From Octopus vulgaris (lineage: Eukaryota): a DNA stretch of 64,000 nt. Position 1 is the first letter of the stretch; each line of letters starts with the position of its first letter. Below, piece by piece: positions 1 to 13,532 of this stretch. Under the pieces are notes generated by a model. It ran no database searches, was not told the DNA's origin, and saw only the letters and a list, made by a program, of their open reading frames with translations. Made by a program: the position numbers and the translations under genes. Location of the stretch: assembly GCA_951406725.2 (NCBI GenBank), contig OX597839.1, positions 21,514,001 to 21,578,000 on the forward strand, given 5' to 3'.

Positions 1-1661
1 CCCACTCCACTCCACTCTACTTTCTTCACATAATTAGAGCCAATACCGATAGATCTGATTGTAATGTCTGCAGTCTGTGGTGGTCCCTAAAAGACATTTT
101 GGATTCCCTTCATCCCAAATCATAAAAAGAAATCAGTAAATTATAATGAAATATTGAAATTTAAGAAAAATAAGGATTCTAATTTTACTCAGTTCCTGGG
201 ACATTCCTAAAATGCAGGGATCTCATGCTTCCTGTGATGGACCCTTTTCTTGTTACATAAAACTTTAATACTTGTGAGATGGTAGTGGCAGTGGGGATGG
301 GGGGGGGGTCACCATTTTCCTTTAGATACAGGAAAACAGTGACTATATGGTCTTTTGGATAAAATTTTAATTGTTTTGATGAGAAATAAGATGTGTTTCC
401 TTGTGTTGCGTGTGGGGGGAGGGGGAAGAAGGGATTAGAAAATAATCCTTTCCTAGTATTGCCGGGAGTTAGATGTTAGAAAGCAGCTTTTACTTCTGTT
501 ATTGTGTTGTTGTGGGGTCAAAGGATTAGAAAGTGGTCCTTAATAGTCCCATCCTTGTGATATTGTGTTATAGGGACCAAAGGGTTTGGAAACCGGTCCA
601 TTTCTGTTGTGGGAGAGTTAGAGGATATTTAGAAGTCACCCTTTCGTTGTGACTTGCTGTAAGAATTAAGGGCTATAAAAGTGATCCTTTTTTTTGCAAA
701 GAAGGGAAGAACTAGAGTACAACACAAGGACCCTGGTATAACATCATCATCATCGTCATCAACGTCCTTGATTAGTGATTAACCAAAATGAGTCTTATAA
801 AAAGCCATATTAATGAGACACAATTTCAATAAATAAATTACACAAGAAGAGGTTAATTAATCCAAATTACACCTAATTAGACAACAAAATATTTCCATCA
901 GTTTGTAGAATCATTTATCTGCTGACTGTTCTTCTTTAATATTGCTTTACCAATCTCATTTCATGGACTGTGGCCATGCTGCAGCACCCACAGCATTGAT
1001 GTCAATCACGTCAACGTCCACAGCCCTTTATCTGGTTCTCATAGGATTCAAAAGGGAAATGATTCAGTCAGACAAGTCGTCTCTGTTTGAATGCACCAGT
1101 TTTCACACCACCCTGACATAAACAGACACACCATCACCCCCATCATCATTAACATCCGTTTTCCATGCTGGCATGGGCTGGACAGCTTGACAAGATGAGA
1201 CAAGCCTATTGTCTGTTTTGACAGGGATGGCCTTCATAATGCCAACCACTTTTTTTTGTTATGTAAATGATTGCAGACCATCCTGCCCACACCCCTGCTG
1301 CAATGGAATGTCCTGTTTTCTGTAAGCCACTTCAACCAGGAGATGTGGAACCAACAATGGAGGTGCTGCATGGTCAGTCAATCTGCTAGAAGTAGCAGTC
1401 AAATCTCCTTCAAGCCATTTTCTACTGTCTTAAAACAAAAAGTGGAAGTAGTTTGAACAAAAGAAAACCAGACTGGGTGGTCATAGCTGGAGTATCTTGA
1501 AGCAGAGGGTGGGGTGGGGGATGCTCTTGCTGGTGCATCGAGAGTAGACCTTAAATCGAGCAAATTTCCTTGAAAGACCCTTCACTGTGGATGGGGTGGG
1601 GGAGAAGGGAATTGGTCTGGTATAGATTTCCTATTGACCTCAGTGAAATCAATCGCATTAC

Positions 1662-1755
1662 CTGATGTTGAAGGTGGACGATGCAGGTTCTCGTCTTGGC
1701 TGCCCCTTTCACTGCTGTCGTTGGACAGATTTGAAACTGAACCTCTCATGTCGTT
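1662..1755 (-). CDS. Coding exon, Ser-rich linker
   Basis: Acceptor attgttttttttctAG, donor TCAG|gtaatg; 94 nt, phase 0-1; NDMRGSVSNLSNDSSERGSQDENLHRPPSTS. Confidence 0.75.
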
Positions 1756-2297
1756 CTAGAAAAAAACAATATTCAACAAATGAAACCACAACAATAACAT
1801 TTCATTACGTTTTTTTAACACCCCCCCCTTTTTTTTTTAATTATTTCAATAAAACAATTTGTCTAATTTGGTTCCCATGGTAACCATCCCACACAACCCC
1901 AGTAACATAAATAAAAGAAAAGCAAGAAAAACAATCATTGATTGACATGAAATCACTTACCAACACACTCTACGCATCAACACACAGACCTGCTGTGTCT
2001 CCTCTCTTTACCTTGCATACTGCTACCACCTTGGCCTCTGCTCCACAGTGCTTCCTCATTTCATGCCCTCACCCTCCCCACTGCCACCACTTTAAGAACT
2101 TTTTCCTAACTCATCACTGCTCCACCCATATTGTGGAGTATCCCCCCACACATCCCTCTCACCAGTTCCTACCTGAACCCCTATAACCAATTCTTCCTTC
2201 CCAAACTATCACCTCTCAGGAATTCCATCTCCACATTCACCCCAACACTCTCTCAGATGGTGAAGGCATAAATACAACCCTTTCCTTCACAGCAAAC

Positions 2298-2337
<40 letters not shown>

Positions 2338-4515
2338 ACAATCAGTAATAACGATAGGCCCCACTGGACATAAAACAGGGGTAGAATAATATGGCTGGAC
2401 GTGGTCACTTGAACCCTCTAGCCTTTAGATTCCTCTGGTAAATGCTAATCCTTATTAATTCACATTGTTTTGAATTAATCATGGATTATCTTGTAGCCTT
2501 GAGATTTCAATGATGGGATTGTTTTATTTCTAGAATGACATTGTAGGGTGGGTGTGAGAGGCTGGAGCTGGCCAGTGTGAATATAAAACAAGAAGAATGT
2601 TATGGCTGGATACAACTGAATCATTCAGATTTCTCTGTTAAATGCTAATCCTTATTTATTCACATTGTTTTCAGTTAATCAGGGATTATCTCATATCTTT
2701 GAGATTTCAATGATGTGATTGTTTTATTTTTAGAATGATATTGTAGGGTAGGGGTGAGAAGCTGGATCTGGCTGGCTTGAACATTAAACAGAAGAAGGAG
2801 CAGGCTTACAAGGTGACCCAGGGCTAAACAACAACACGGACTGAACAGGTGAGAGGGCACAACATGTCCAACAGCTCTACTGCACCCCATGCAATTAACA
2901 TCTCCATGTTGAAATCCACAGAATAGTCAAATGATGGAATCATTAGTGCTGGGGGACATAATGCCTTGTGGCATTTTTGTTCCAGCTCTTTACATTCTAG
3001 GTTCAAATCCAGCCACAGTCAACTTTATCTTTTATCTTTCAGGGATGAAAAGAACAAAGTACCAGTCATGTACTGGCGTTGATTTCACTAAACCTCACCA
3101 CCTCCACTCACCCACACCTCACCACCTTCACTCAATACCTATTTCTTTATTACCCACAAGGGGCTAAACACAGAGAGGACAGACAAGGAGATTAAGTCGA
3201 TTACATCGACCCCAGTGCGTAACTGGTACTTAATTTATCGACCCCGAAAGGATGAAAGGCAAAGTCGACCTCGGCGGAATTTGAACTCAGAACGTAACGG
3301 CAGACGAAATACGACTACGCATTTCATCCGGCGTGCTAACGTTTCTGCCAGCTCGCCCTCAATACCACCACCTCTACACAACACCATCACCTCCTTCACC
3401 CCCCACCACCATCCCCACTCCCACCATATCAGGCCTCATGCCTAAATTAGAAGCAATTGTTATTTCTGTTTGCTTTTCTGCTTGTTTGTAATTAAACAAT
3501 AGCTCATTAAGGCCCAGACAAACAAATGTTTGTCTCCATAAAACAAAAATTATCATTTGTGTCTAGAAAGGAAATTAAAAGTGATTAAATGCATTAAAGA
3601 ATTATCTCCAAATTTCTGTAACGAGCTATTTATGTGGTACTTATTTATTTATTTATCTTTTCATCTGACTCTTTAGTGTTGTTTTTGCTGTTGTTGTTAC
3701 TTAACCTTGATCTAGCAGACCTGTAATCCAAGATGTTTAAGCTATGGCCATCCCAAAATAAAATTTCCAAAGGAAACTTTCCCTTTTAAACAAAGTTGAG
3801 AAAGATATGACTGCCATTTCTAGCAAGTCAAGTAACTTTCATTGGCTTCTAATTGTTGTAGTCATTGTTCTTGTTTTTTTGTTGTTGTTGTTATTTAAAA
3901 TTCAGTCAGAGAACAAACACACAATCTGTGGAAAACAAGATGAAAGTATTACTCATCTCCTAAGTGATTGCAGTAAGCTAGCATGAAAAGAGTATAAGTA
4001 CAGGCATAACTGCGTCATTATAAAGGGTGTGGTGGAATATTAGCCAAGCATGTGAATTCTGACAGAGAAGTGATATGAACATAAGGCAGGGGCTGTGATG
4101 GTGAATAGTAATTCTAGGGTATTATGGGATTTTTCCATAGAAGGCCAGATATGATAGTAGAGGACATAAAAAATGCAATACCATATGATAACAGAATGGA
4201 TATCAAAGACAACTAAGAGATATCAGGACCTAGCCTGAGAGATGGTAGAGACTGTGGACGACTAAGACAACAATAACTGCAGTGGTACTTGGTGCATCTG
4301 ACATAAGACGCAAACTGCATCTTTAAGAGGTGGGGGAAAAAATATTGGAATGAAGACTCACGTTGTCAACCTGTAAAAAAGGATAATCCTGTATTCTGCA
4401 AGAATCCTAAAAAAGAAGATTCTTGAGATTTGAGGAGACTTGTTGTCACCCAACCTCAAGACAACATCTCTGCTAATTAAAATTAGCATGCAATAGCATT
4501 GGAATAATAATGATG

Positions 4516-4573
<58 letters not shown>

Positions 4574-5342
4574 GAATAATACTTTGTTTCTAATTTCAGA
4601 CACTAGGCCAGCAATTTAGAGAGGAAGAGAAAATCAATTACAATTCTGACCCCACCAGAACTCATTTGGTACTTTATTGACCCTGAAAGGATGAAAGGCA
4701 AAGTCAACCTCAGCTGGATTTGAACTGAGAATATAAGGAGCTGCAAGAAATGCCGATTAAGCATTTTGTCATAATTAATGAAGATAACAAAGTCCTCTGA
4801 CTCTTGTGTTAATTTTGTGACAATGCAGCATTTGGGTAAATCTTCAAGAAACCATCTCAACCAATGTAAACTGGTGAGGGTGGTGGTGGTGGTGGTGGTA
4901 GTAGCAACAACAACAACACTATATACATAGCAGATTGACCTGCTAGAAATAGCAGCCTAATCTCCTTTACTGCCTTGAAAACAGAAGGACGCATTGCAGA
5001 CTGTTATCCAGGTCATCCTATCTCAGATAAAAAAAAAAAAATGTCAAGATGGTCACCACTGGAATGTCTCCTCCGATCATAGATCTGTTTGGCCAGGGTG
5101 GTCGACCAAGGGCTAAACAACCACACCACTTTACAAATGATTTAATTTCATGTCAACATATAATTTGTCACTCCTTAGACAACTCCTCCCATGCCGCCCC
5201 TCCACTAGTGACCACCACCACCACCATGTCAGATATGTACAACATATTATTACATTGGTGAATATTGAATTACAGATTAATCAGATGCACAACAAACCAC
5301 CACCACAAGGTATCACCACCACACCATGCTCTTGGTTGCCAG

Positions 5343-5412
5343 GTGTGTGTGTGTATACAGGTGTGTGTGTGTGTGTGAGTGAGACTTTGTATGTGTGTAT
5401 GCATATAGGAAT

Positions 5413-5447
<35 letters not shown>

Positions 5448-6379
5448 CAATGGTAAGTCAAACTAATCAGAACATTGTATGTGTGTATGTGTGTATGTAT
5501 GTGTGTATGTATGTATGTATGTATGTATGTATGTATGTATGTGTGTGTGTGTATGTATGTGTGTGTGTATGTATGTATGTATGTATGTGTGTGTGTATGT
5601 ATGTATGTATGTATGTATGTATGTATGTGTGTGTGTATGTTTGTATATATGTGTATGTATGTGTGTATGTATGTGTGTGTGTGTGTGTATGTATGTATGT
5701 GTGTGTATGTATGAATGTATGTATGTATGTGTGTGAATGTATGTATGTATGTATGCATGTGTGTGTGTATGTATGTATGTATGTGTGTGTGTATGTATGT
5801 ATGTATGTATGTGTGTGTATGTTTGTATATATGTGTATGTATGTGTATGTATGTATGTATGTATGTATGTATGTATGTATGTATGTGTGTGTGTGTGTAT
5901 GTGTGTGTATGTATGTGTGTGTATGTATGTATGTATGTGTGTATGTATGTATGTGTGTATGTATGTATGTGTGTGTATGTATGTATGTATGTATGTATGT
6001 ATGTATGTATGTATGTGTGTGTGTATGTATGTATGTATGTATGTATGTATGTATGTATGTATGTATGTATGTATGTATGTATGTGTGTGTATGTATGTAT
6101 GTGTGTGTATGTATGTGTGTGTATGTATGTGTGTATGTATGTATGTGTGTGTATGTGTATGTATGTATGTATGTGTGTGTGTGTGTATGTGTGTATGTAT
6201 GTATGTGTGTGTGTGTATGGTTGTATATGTGTGTGAATGTATGTATGTATGTGTGTGTGTATGTATGTGTATGTATGTATGTGTGTGTGTGTATGTATGT
6301 ATGTATGTATGTGTGTGTGTATGTATGTGTATGTATGTATGTATGCGTGTGTGTGTGTATGTGTGTGTGTATGTATGTA

Positions 6380-6412
<33 letters not shown>

Positions 6413-6515
6413 ATGTATGCATGTATGTATGTATGTATGTATCTTTGTGTGTGTGTGTGTGTGTGTATGTATGAATGTGTGTATGTATGTGTGTAGGTAT
6501 GTAATGTAATGTATG
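5343..6515. repeat. Compound (TGTA)n/(TG)n microsatellite, ~1.1 kb
   Basis: Direct inspection. Confidence 0.95.
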
Positions 6516-7056
6516 CAGGTATGTTCTCTTGTATTTTTAATTCTTTCAAAATCTTCCTCTGAAGAAGGAGCTGGTTTCTAACAAAGATACAAAGCTCCAC
6601 CATTGCAATGTGCAGATAACAAACCAAAATGTCACACTTTAAACTTGACGAATGTCTTGCACATTTCTACAGTTCCACTTACAGACTGTGTTTCTAATGT
6701 GTTAATTAGCTTGCCGGTTCCTTTTTTCTGAAAACCCTAGCTTATCCACATTGCCACTTAAGCATTCGCTCACAAAACCAAGAGAACCAATTACCATTGG
6801 TATAAATGTGACTTATAATCTGGATACAGATAATCTGGACACAGAAGCAAGAGGTTTCCAAAGCAGTTTGCCCTTAATTCTCTTTCTCATAGATTTTCAA
6901 AGAGATATTCACACCAACAGGGCAGCTGACCCCTATGACTGTGCATGCTTTTTCTTGTCTGGCCCAAACAACAATATCTGGCCTGTTATGCTTACGCTTC
7001 ACTGAAGTTTTGATGGGAATGTTCCACCAGTATTTCTTGTGTGTGAATATTTGTGT

Positions 7057-7278
7057 ACTCTCTCTTTACTCTTTTACTCTTTTACTTGTTTCAGTCATTT
7101 GACTGCGGCCATGCTGGAGCACCGCCTTTAATCGAGCAACTCGACCCCGGAACTTATTTTTTTGTAAGCCCAGTACTTATTCTATCGGTCTCTTTTGCCG
7201 AACCGCTAAGTAGCGGGGACCTAAACACACCAGCATCAGTTGTCAAGCAATGCTAGGGGGAGAAACACAGACACACAA

Positions 7279-7315
<37 letters not shown>

Positions 7316-7487
7316 CATATATACGACGGGCTTCTTTCAGTTTCCGTCTACCAAATCCACTCACAAGGCTTTGGTCGGCCCGAGGCTATAGTAGAAGACA
7401 CTTGCCCAAGGTGCCACGCAGTGGGACTGAACCCGGAACCATGTGGTTGCTAAACAAGCTACTTACCACACAGCCACTCCTGCGCCT
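7057..7487 (-). mobile_element. tRNA-derived SINE family A, full length (~420 bp; probably one of the described octopus SINEs)
   Basis: Head ggcgcaggagtggctgtgtggtaag...ggttcagtcccac (A/B-box-like), internal (TA)/(TG) tract, tail ccagcatggccgcagtcaaatgactgaaacaagtaaaagag. Confidence 0.85.
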
Positions 7488-8026
7488 ATTCAATAAGAGA
7501 AGGATTCTGTGTATCTATTCCAGGACAGTCTTTTTTTTCAATTGTATATTGTTTTAGCAAGAACATCATGCCTCATTGCGAAGTGGTACCTAAAAGGCAG
7601 CCACAAAAAAAGGATTTTCAAATGGTCAGCAATGTCTTCATGTCTGCTGATAACACCTTGGACGAAAGGATATATACATACATGTGTGTGTGTATGTGTG
7701 TGTGTATGTGTGTGTGTATGTGTGTGTGTGAGTGAGAGAAAAAATTAATGTTAATAAGTTCTCATTGCAAACCATGCAGTACACACATACACACACGTTC
7801 TATGTATGTATGTATGTATGTATGTATGTATGTGAACATGTGTGTATGTGGACATGTGTGTATGTATGTATGTATACAACATATATCTCAGAAGCTCATT
7901 ATATTCACAAATATAGAGTTATTATACACGTATGCACACACAATGTTATAAACACTAAAATATTAGTGAAATACAATTATTTTGAAATATTATAATACAT
8001 CATTACATATCATATAACATACAAAC

Positions 8027-8085
<59 letters not shown>

Positions 8086-8409
8086 ATAAACACACACACA
8101 TGATATATGAGTGATTTTCACTGTACTGCAATGTCAGCAGCTACAATTGAATAATGTAATTAACAGGGAATGCAATAATTGGGTGTGTGTATGTGTGTGT
8201 GTGTATGTATATATATATATATAGATAGATAGATAGATATACACATACTCATATATATATATATACATATACATACACATATAAAACGTCTCACACATGT
8301 ATTAAACAGAGAGAGAGAGGTTAAAATAATATTTATTTTGTTAAAGAATTATGACCATTCTAACAGTGCCAGGGGTTTAATGTTATCCCATGCAGAAGTT
8401 TATGGATTT

Positions 8410-8585
8410 CATACAGAAATTAACATTATATCACATATAAGAATTAAAATTATCTCGTACAGAAATTATCATTATCACATACAACAATTAACATTATCTC
8501 ATACAGAATTAACATTATCTCATACAGAAATTATCATTATCACATACAAGAATTAGCATAATCACAAACAGGAATTAGCATTATG
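8410..8585. repeat. 21-bp minisatellite CATACAGAATTAACATTATCT
   Basis: About 8 diverged copies. Confidence 0.75.
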
Positions 8586-8849
8586 ACATTCATCAATTCA
8601 GTATTATTCCAATTAAAAACTACTGAGCAATAATTCCGGTTAAGAATTAGACATTTTTTTCATCCAAAGAATACAAGAATTCCCAGTATATAAGATATTA
8701 AAAGAACTTCAGTGTTTGACTGTTGATTGTGTTCCACTAAGTTTTGGTCTTTGGTCCCTTCCTCCCTCAGGTGTTTTGTTACCTGGAGGTCAAACGAACA
8801 GAATGGATTTAAACCTGGAACTTTATTTTTCTAAGCCAAAAGTAATTAA

Positions 8850-9070
8850 CCCTTTCGTTACCGTATTTATTTTGAGATGCTCCGTGTTTCTTTCAATTAC
8901 TTGAAATATAAACAAAGAATTTAGTGAAATAACTTAGTTATCATTCAGCTAGTGTTAGCAACATAAATTGTGACTAAGGTTTGGTGGAAGATTTTAATTC
9001 AAAACTTATGTAAACAAGACATTTGTACTCAGAGCCAGAGCCGGTTTCAGCCGGGTTGGTAACGAAAGGG
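8850..9070. mobile_element. piggyBac-type MITE
   Basis: TTAA-ccctttcgttacc ... ggtaacgaaaggg-TTAA, 221 bp. Confidence 0.85.
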
Positions 9071-9191
9071 TTAAACATTGTCATTCACGAAACATCTGTC
9101 GTTTGAATTTATCTTGCTATAACTAATGTGTGAAGATGGAAGTTGACTGACAATGGCTGGAGATCAAACTGGTTGAATCCAACTGGGATGT

Positions 9192-9230
<39 letters not shown>

Positions 9231-9529
9231 TGTGTGGGTGTTATGTGGTTTGTTTAAAGCTGAAACTGCATAAGTTGGAACTCCAAGTTGTAAAAAAAGC
9301 TTATTCTTCATTTTTATGCTGGCAGGGTGTGGATGGAGACTTGAAGCAGGATTTGGCAGTTGGATGCTTCTCCTGTTGTGAAGCCTGCTTTCCAAATAAG
9401 GAATTACATTTCATTTTACAGGTTTTTGAAAATGCAGAGCAACCAGTCACAACGTCAACAAGAAATGTAAATACCATTGCTTCCCTCAAGCAAAACTGCA
9501 GCATGTCAACACACACATACTCACCACTA

Positions 9530-9579
<50 letters not shown>

Positions 9580-9581
<2 letters not shown>

Positions 9582-9998
9582 TCTTTACTCTTTCTCTTTT
9601 ACTTGTTTCAGTCATTTGACTGTGGCCATGCTGGAGCACTGCCTTTAGTCGAGCAAATCGACCCTGGGGCTTATTCTTTTGTAAGCCCAGTACTTATTCT
9701 ATCGGTCTCTTTTGCCGAACTGCTAAGTAACGGGGACATAAACATACCAGCATCGGTTGTCAAGCAATGCTAGAGGGACAAACACAGACACACAAACATA
9801 TACACACACATACATATATATATATACATATATACGACAGGCTTCTTTCAGTTTCCGTCTACCAAATCCACTCACAAGGCTTTGGTCGGTCTGAGGCTAT
9901 AGCAGAAGACACTTGCCCAAGATGCCACGCAGTGGGACTGAACCCGGAACCATGTGGTTGGTTAGCAAGCTACTTACCACACAGCCACTCCTGCGCCT
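9580..9998 (-). mobile_element. SINE family A, full length
   Basis: Near-identical to 7057-7487. Confidence 0.85.
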
Positions 9999-10248
9999 AT
10001 ATATATATATATTGGTTGCAAAGACCTGTCGAGGCAAGTGAAATTGAAATCAAACCATGTGAGACTATCGATGGATCTCCATTGACAAGAGGAGTGAAAA
10101 GAGTTTCCAGCAAGTGGAGTCAGGGAAAGAGGTTTCTGGAATATATTTGGAGGACAGAGGATGGCTAAGTGTCGTGAGATGACAATCAGCCGACCATAAA
10201 CAGCAGCACACTTCCGGTTTGAGTATCTCACAATAAACGAAGATAATT

Positions 10249-10280
<32 letters not shown>

Positions 10281-10745
10281 TTTAAATAAACCTGAGATAA
10301 TTAGAGAAGGAGATGTGTTGTATAGATATAAGAGGGGAATAATTAGAGAGGTAGAGGGACTAAATAAACACAACAGATATACAATTAGAGAGAGAGAGAG
10401 AGAAATTATATAAACATAATGAGATAAATAATTAGGGAATAACTAATTACAAATTAATTGACTTCTCATTTAGGGGGGATTGTTTTGAAATAAACTCACA
10501 GAAGAATAACAAATATTGAATGTCAAATGTTGTCATAGGAAGGTAAATAATGATATGGGTGTGTGTGTGAGTGTGTGAGTGTGTGTGTGTGTGTGTATGT
10601 GTGTGTGTGTGTGTGTGTTTGGAGGTGCATGGCTTAGTGGCTACAGTGTTACACTCGTGATTGTAAGATTGAGGTTTCAGTTTCTGGACCAGGCAGCACA
10701 TAGTGTTCTTGAGCAAAATACTTCATTTCACATTGGCCCAGTCTA

Positions 10746-11122
10746 CACTACCGTCAGAAATTAATTAGCACCCTTGATTTGCTCTTCACTCAAGGTATGT
10801 GCTGTCACCTAGTGGCCATATCTCGAACTATTGCTTTGTTGCGAGTTCACTGTTGCGCAGAACGATGACGTAACTTTGTTTGCAGAGCAGTTTGAGAGTC
10901 TACAGCCTTATGATGTTGACATAGCAGTGCAACAACTTGGAGTGCGGATGCAGACAAATCTTCCTTTGTTTAATAGATATAGGTAGCGCCTCGCAAGGAC
11001 CGAAATCACACCATACTAAGTTTTCTCATCGCGTAAGACGTTTTGAACAGCTCATAGGTTAATTGATTTAACCTATTTAATGTAGACATTTGAGAAGTGC
11101 TAATTAATTTCTGACGCAAGTC
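10746..11122. mobile_element. Tc1/mariner-type MITE inserted in an older tRNA-derived SINE (~10620-11250)
   Basis: Inverted cgtcagaaattaattagcac / gtgctaattaatttctgacg with TA duplication; removing it restores cccagtc-ta-ctcagctg of the host SINE. Confidence 0.75.
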
Positions 11123-11306
11123 TACTCAGCTGACAAAAGTGAGAAATCCTGTGAGGGACTGTCATCCCATCCAGGAGGGAATATATGTATATGTCACAGA
11201 AGCCAGGAAACCAGCCCCATAAGTCTACATAGCTCGAGAAGGAACTTTATTCTTTATATGTGTGTGAACATAGTAGTACAACATTTATATATATATATAT
11301 ATATAT

Positions 11307-11559
11307 CAACAATTGAGGGTAAAATTAATTAGTTATTAATCAATTTCACCAAGTAGTGTTCAGTATGTAAAAGGACCATTTAAGGCGAATTCAAAATATT
11401 ATATTATATAATTAGGGCTTAGTAAAGTAAATTACTTTGCCACATACTGAACTTTCTAGAAATAGCAGCCAAAAAGTTTTTTAGCCATTTCCACCACTTT
11501 AAGAAAACTTCTAGAAAGTTCAGTATGTGGCAAAGTAATTTACTTTACTAAGCCCTAAT

Positions 11560-11570
<11 letters not shown>
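11307..11570. repeat. (TA)n-flanked element with ~62-bp inverted repeat
   Basis: 11400-11461 (tatattatataattagggcttagtaaag...tttctagaa) is inverted at 11509-11570. Confidence 0.7.
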
Positions 11571-11610
<40 letters not shown>

Positions 11611-11711
11611 TAAAAACGGTAAGATAACAAAAGAAAGAAAGAGACCTCAATATTATGTAAATAGAGGAAATTTATCTATAAAATAATATGTTACAATTGC
11701 TCAATAGTCAA

Positions 11712-11772
11712 GATAAAACTCTGAGTTTCAGATGCCGAAGTGGAAATCCACAACACCATCTCTTCGGTTATC
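11712..11772 (-). ncRNA. Hammerhead motif, CCGAAGA (U4C) core, left arm of fold-back element
   Basis: GAUAA-CCGAAGA-GAUG...CAUC-U-GAAACUCAGAGUU^UUAUC; same family as 40788-40848. Confidence 0.55.
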
Positions 11773-12586
11773 TGGCCATCTGAAAAAACGCTATGAAAAA
11801 ATACCGTTATATAAAGGGAGATTACTGTGTTATAATTCTGCTACTTATATAAATTAAGATTAAAATTTTATAGTAAACACGAAAACATGGCTAGTCATAT
11901 GCTCACCTGTGCGCTCGCGGACCCACGTGCGTACTTATACGTCACTATGGAAACGTACACATCTTCACTCGCATTTTTCGCCAAATATATACGCATATAT
12001 ATACAAACTCATACACACACACACATGCATACCGTAAAAGTTCATATATACGTCTATATACGCACAAGCACAAGAAAAACCATGGTTAAAAGGGGGGGGG
12101 GGGCATATATATATTCATTTTTTGTATATGCGTGTGTGTGTGTATGCGTATATAAACATGTGCGGGTATGTACATATATATGTGTGTGTGTGTATGAGTG
12201 CATAAGGGCATGTCCATATATGAACGTGGTTTTTATTCTTTGTATACTTCCTTATGTTTTTTCTGTTACCTTTAACCTTGTTTTTTCTTGTACTTGTGCG
12301 TATATAGACGTATATATGGACTTTTACGGTACGCATGTGTGTGTATATGAGTTTGTATATATATGCGTATATATTTGGCGAAAAATGCGAGTGAAGATGT
12401 GTACGTTTACATAGTGATGTATAAGTACGCACGTGGGTCCGCGAGCGCACATGTGAGCGTATGACTAGCCATATTTACGTGTTTACTATGAAATTTCAAT
12501 CTTATTTTATATAAGTAGCAGAATTATAACACAGTAATTTCCCTTTATATAACGGTATTTTTTCATAGCGTTTTTTCAGATGGCCA

Positions 12587-12647
12587 GATAACCGAAGAGA
12601 TGGTGTTGTGGATTTCCACTTCTTCATCTGAAACTCAGAGTTTTATC
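12587..12647 (+). ncRNA. Hammerhead motif, CCGAAGA (U4C) core, right arm of fold-back element
   Basis: gataa ccgaaga gatg...catc t gaaactcagagtt ttatc. Confidence 0.55.
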
Positions 12648-12678
12648 TTGACTATTGAGTAATTGTAACATATTATTT

Positions 12679-12722
<44 letters not shown>

Positions 12723-12725
<3 letters not shown>

Positions 12726-13012
12726 CGCAATGGCCCAGTGGTTAGGGCAGCAGACTCGCCGTCGGAGGATCGCAGTTTCGGTTCCCAGACCGGGTGTTGT
12801 GTGTGTTTATTGAGCGAAAACACCTAAAAGCGCCATGAGGCTCCGGCAGGGGGTGGTGATCCCTGCTGTACTCTTTCACCACTCTTTCTTCTGTTGGCCT
12901 GCTCGCTTAGCCAGCGGGGTGACGTCGTTCGAAGGCTAAAACAATGCAAACGCATTGTGACCAGCGATGTGTAGCAGCATCTGATGGTCTGGTCGGTCAC
13001 ATGATCACGTGA
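12723..13012 (+). mobile_element. tRNA-derived SINE family D; related copy ~15283-15567(-)
   Basis: ggcgcaatggcccagtggttagggc...gtttcggttcc head; shared tail cattgtgaccagcgatgtgtagcagcatctgat. Confidence 0.65.
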
Positions 13013-13025
13013 TATATATATATAT

Positions 13026-13224
13026 ACTAGCAGTATCGCCCGGCGTTGCTCAGGTTTGTAAGGGAAATAACTATAAAGCATTTTTAGAGAGTTATAGCCA
13101 AAAAATAGCATGTGTGTGTCAAGTTTCATCAGAATCGGTTGAAAGCCGTGGTCAGGGTGAGGGTACAACCTGACAGACACACAGAAACACACACAGACAA
13201 ACTGCCGTTTATATAGACAGAGAT
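13026..13224 (+). mobile_element. Non-autonomous Helitron/Helentron-like (Lep1-type) element
   Basis: actag...cgcccggcgttgc start, aagtttcatcagaatcggtt motif, acagacacac repeat, tttatatagacagagat end. Confidence 0.5.
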
Positions 13225-13467
13225 ATATATATACCCCAATCAACCTTTGCATTGGTGAGAATTGCGAAAAAACCCTCAGTTATGCATCCACTGCTTCCAA
13301 CGTTAATGCCATATCACCTGAAGAAGTGAACACAAGAACATGATCCACCCAATGTCCATGGACAGTAATGTAATTATCCCAGCAATGTGGACTATGATTG
13401 TAAGAAACATGTGATTTGTGGAAATGCATGTAGCAATGTATTACAATATCTATAAATTCATCCATGC

Positions 13468-13503
<36 letters not shown>

Positions 13504-13532
13504 TATACACACATATATATTATATACATATA

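Larger units (their letters stand above)
11608..12682. mobile_element. Fold-back Penelope-like remnant with ~415-bp inverted arms, in (TA)n
   Basis: ~11678-12093 is the near-identical reverse complement of ~12269-12682; each arm carries a hammerhead motif; flanked by (TA)n. Confidence 0.65.

Noticed and set aside
4200-4570. Old restriction-like-endonuclease LINE tail with (TAA)n
   Set aside because: Only faint motif traces; too decayed to call.
5150-6627. Long ORFs of 160-448 aa (VCMY/HTYI repeats)
   Set aside because: Translations of a (TGTA)n/(TG)n microsatellite that lacks stops; the same applies to ORFs at 19k, 22k, 31-32k, 44k, 57k and 61k.
7240-7557. Recurrent peptide RASFSFRLPNPLTR...PGTMWLV in many ORFs
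   Set aside because: Antisense translation of SINE family A, not a gene family.
9301-9384. Possible terminal exon ASQQEKHPTAKSCFKSPSTPCQHKNEE*
   Set aside because: Weak, purine-rich acceptor, and the gene continues to the exon at 1755.
12723-12795. tRNA gene
   Set aside because: The tRNA-like head continues into a SINE body and tail with no complete cloverleaf; the same holds for the other SINE heads.
13313-13415. Hammerhead-like ATCAC-CTGAAGA...GAAACATGTGAT
   Set aside because: No clear helix II and no room for the GUH cleavage triplet.
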